Shown here: positions 60,200 through 64,000 of the stretch, piece by piece
Position numbering within the stretch: position 1 is the first letter of the stretch
Layout of the letters: each line of letters begins with the position of its first letter
Source: the human T2T-CHM13v2.0 reference genome, Homo sapiens
DNA: 64,000 bases
Strand: one strand, 5' to 3'
NCBI RefSeq assembly: GCF_009914755.1
Contig: NC_060936.1
Translations under genes and position numbers: made by a program
The notes under the pieces: generated by a model
Seen by the model: the letters and a program-made list of their open reading frames with translations, nothing else
Told to the model about the DNA's origin: nothing
Database searches by the model: none

Positions 60200-62001
60200 G
60201 ATTCTTCCAAACATCTCACCATGTCCTCTGATACCTCTGTAGTCATCTGCCACAACCTACTTCTGAATAAATCCTACATTCCACCTTTCTGTGCCTGTAC
60301 CCAAGAAGCCAAATGTTGATGGAAAAAACCACAAAGGTAGTTAACTGGTCAGCACTGCCAAAAACAAACAAAAAACCAGGCAAACAAAAATCAACCACAT
60401 TTCTTTAGTAGACTCATATTGCCCTCCACTACTCAAACATTTTATGTCTCACTCACTCTCTTCAAATTTATCATAGCCCAACTTGACAGTCACTCACTGC
60501 TCATGACCTTGCTTATACTCTAAGGAAAAAGAAGACATCACATCTGAACACATACACCTGCCAACCCCGAAACTACCAACTTAAAAACACATGTACTCAT
60601 CCTCTTTCTCCTATTGCAATGGGGGGAATATCCCCGCTTCCATTAAAGGGCAGCTGCACACATCCCTTTTTTTCTTCTCAGAAACTTGGCTTCTTCCATT
60701 TCCCCCATCATTAACTTTCCCTAATCTGTACTGGTATATGTATCACTCAATTTTAAAAAGGGTATGTAACACACACACACATACACACACATGCACATTC
60801 CCATATCCATTGCCATCCAGTGGCCCATTTCTCCACTTCATAGCCAAATTTTGGGGGGAAAAACTGTCTACTGAGGCTCTCCCTACTTCATCTCCCATGC
60901 ACCCTCCAAGCCATCATGTACCAACCTCTATCCCAGTCCCACTGAAACCCACTTTGTCAAGGTCATCAAAGATCTTCATGTTGTGAAGCCAATGGAAACT
61001 TCTCTTTAGGCTGAAATGTTACATGAATTGAACATTTCCCATCAATGCATAAACCATCTGTATGCTGATGAGTCTCACATTTATATCTCCAGCTTAGATC
61101 ATTTCTTTGAGCTTTAGAATTTCCTTTTTATTACCTACTTGATACCTTGCCTTGGATGTCTCACGGACTTCTAAAAAAGCCCCCCAAACTGCCCTTCCCC
61201 TTCCTGTGTCTTCCTCTCCTCAGTAACTGGTACTATTTCCCACTCAATTCAAGTTGGAAACATAGGGAACATTCTGTTTTTCATTTGCTTCACTCCTGCC
61301 ATCCAGTCTCTTCAATTTATAATATGAATGTATCTAAAGTCTGTGTTCTCTGCTCACCTCTACTGCAACTCCCTTACTACAGCCTGTCATCTCCGTCCAA
61401 GGCAATAACAGCATTTTCCTCACTTGTATCCTTTGCTTCCTTTCTTACCTGTCTCATTCTCCACTTGCCTGCCAGGATGAACTTATTATAATAGAAATTG
61501 GATCATATAAGTCTGTCCCTGAAATCTTCCATGGATTCCTATTCCAAATGCACGATTCTGTCTCTCCTCTTCTCTCTGACTTACATCTCAAAAGCACTTT
61601 CTCCACACTCGCCAAGCTCCAGCCACGATAGTGGTCATGGTCATGCAATTTCTAGAAGAGACCCACACTACCTCGCACCTCAGGACTCTTATCTATGTTA
61701 TATTTTTTTGGAATGCTCTTTCCTCCCTCTTTAAATGGACAAACTCTTTCTCGTGCCTTATGTCTCAGCTGAAATTGTATTTCTAAAAGGACTTCTGCAA
61801 TCACCCCAAAATCTGTTGGTCTTAGCTTCTTGTTTGTGTCCTTACATACTTTTATTGTGACTTTAAGTTATTGTATTTGCTTTTTTATCTGAATTTCACT
61901 CATTAGAACATAAGCTACCTGGGAGCAGGAGCTATTAGAGTTACATCTTTAGCATAGTGGCTAATATATTACAGTTTCTCAACATTTTTTGAAAGAATGA
62001 A
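60200..62001 (+). mobile_element. L2 (ORF2 end to 3' terminus), degraded
   Basis: tgctgatgagtctcacatttatatctccagc; ttggatgtctcac; ggaatgctctttcctcc; terminal gaaagaatgaa. Confidence 0.75.
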
Positions 62002-63719
62002 ACTAATCTTCAATTTTATGATATTGAGAAACATATGCAACCAACTTTCAGTTAAGACAAGGATGTAGAGGGAAGAGGAAGAACAATGAAAGCAAGTGAA
62101 GATAATAAACAAAAATTAATGAACCCTTACTATATATTGAGTGCTATCTCTTGACCAGATAGCAGAGGTGCAGATGGAAGCAAAATGAGATTTAGAATGG
62201 GGCCAAGGAAAGGGAAGAAATGAACAGGAGTTTCTACCTTCAATTGTCATGCTAATCACAGGGATAGTTGCCAGAGAAGGAGGGAACCTGATAAATGAGC
62301 AAGAGATTGACTGACATGACTGACCAGCCTCAGAATTTCATCTGGAATTTTACTGTTGAATCATGAGTTTCCCTCCAGTTGTTGGGGGAGGAACATGGGC
62401 TGGATGAGGAGTTGTGTGTAGAGGCCACATGCAGATATACTTGTCTGAGGTGGGAGAGGCATACCTGGCTGGGTACACAAAAGCCAAGAGGAATGGATAG
62501 ATCAAAAGCAAAGACATTTAAACCCCAGCCCAGAGTAACTGCTCAATAAATATTTGTGCAGCCCTTAGCACAATGAATGTCCTTAGTAATTCTGAGAAAA
62601 TCTTTCTAATACTGCAACTGACATTTCAAAATTAAAGTTGCATGGTTCTAGGTGGCCACATAAACTCACCTTTTAAAAAATCAGCAACAAAAATTTTTGC
62701 TTTGAATGATTAACAATACTTTGTTTTCCATTTTTTTTGTGCTGACAGTATTTCATCAAGCTACAACTTACACACAGCCATATGCACATCCTTGGTGTAC
62801 AGCTCCATGAATGCTAACATATGAATACACTGCCCAGCTCAAGAGGACAAAGCAATACTAATACCTCCATTGGCTTCAAGCTGAGAAACAAAAAATCCTT
62901 GTGCTAGATAATGCCCATTATCAGTGCCCCTCTCCACCCTCAGTCTAAGGGAGCCAAGGTAATTTTGGTGTGGTTGAGTTAATGGCTGGAATAGAAAGCC
63001 ATTTCTACTAAAGTTATCTTTACAATGTCAAAAACACAAGGGATATGTATTGCTTCATTCTTTTCCAAAAGAAGTGTCAGCCATGATAGTTCTATATTTA
63101 GAGGAAAATAAGAAAAACATTATTATGCTTTGGAGAGTAACTTGTGACCCTGCTTCTCTGAAAGGCATTTTCCTTGGTTAGTTAGTCTGTTCCTGAAAAC
63201 CACTAATAACCCAATTCTTCCGATTTGCTTTACTCCTGTGTCCCTCCAGGGGAACACACATACAGTCCCGTCAGGTATGAAATCAGAGGGACCAGAGCCT
63301 CAAAAAAATCTATTCTCACACTGCTTTTGCTTACGTGCCTCTAACTCTCATGGGATGGTCTATGGTTTCCATGGCAATACCTGGCAACAATGCTGGGCAG
63401 CCTTACAGGAGCTCTGTTTGGAAGCGATGGGGCTAAAACGCATCTGTCAGAGGTAATAAAGAGTTCTCTGTGTGAACATTTCTGTCTGACTGCTCCACTC
63501 AGACACCTGCGCAGGTTCAGAAGGTAATGAGCATGGAGCAGGGTGGGAATCTGGGGTGGGTGAGCCTATCGTATGGACAGTCTTTAGCACATGTCATGAT
63601 GGGGCCACGATCCTCACCCAACTGGGTGGCTTTGACCAGATAATAAGTTAAAAGCTGACACTGTGTCTGACCTCTGAAGTCTTTACTAAAGACTACATCG
63701 ATTCTCAGACTCATCTTTA

Positions 63720-64000
63720 AAAGTTGAATTTCTCATATTTTTACTCTCTGCCATCTCTAATAAGTTCCTTTTGCTGAATTTCCCATTTCTGTTAATGCTG
63801 TCACCATCTTCCTCAGCACGGAAAGCTTCAGGTTGAGGCTTTAATCCATTCTTCAAATTGAATCAAAAAAATCCTCTTAGTTTTTCATTCTCATTTTTTT
63901 CTTACGTCTATCCTTTTATATCCATTCATTCATTCATGTATCCATTCATTCAAAACATACTTATGAGCCCTTACTATTGACTGAGGATGCAACAAAGAAC
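63720..64000. mobile_element. L2 fragments in both orientations
   Basis: ttcccatttctgttaatgctgtcaccatc (plus); ccattcattcattc..acatacttatgagccc (minus). Confidence 0.6.

Noticed and set aside
62240-62560. Possible very old LTR ending near ctcaataaa
   Set aside because: Too degraded to assign boundaries or family

Overview
AT-rich, CpG-poor primate genomic DNA, most likely human given an AluYg6-like and an AluYd-like insertion. It is intergenic or deep intronic, and the locus cannot be named from sequence alone. No host protein-coding exon, RNA gene, CpG island or CRISPR array is supportable; nearly all long ORFs are retroelement remnants or chance frames. Well over half the window is interspersed repeat: about 14 Alu-family elements, many L1s (mostly minus strand), L2/MIR, DNA transposons and about 10 LTR elements. 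The most informative structures are: (1) an ancient two-LTR ERVL provirus at 35319-41443 (minus) with TSD, PBS, PPT and readable protease/RT/RNase H motifs, hidden under five nested insertions; (2) a full-length THE1D-type MaLR with a perfect TSD; (3) a twin-primed, 5'-inverted L1PA; (4) a very young AluYg6-like copy; (5) several repeat-free islands with enhancer-like motif content, plus two strong orphan splice signals. I found no convincing novel biological system. Subfamily names come from remembered consensus sequences and need RepeatMasker/Dfam confirmation; boundaries of old elements are approximate.
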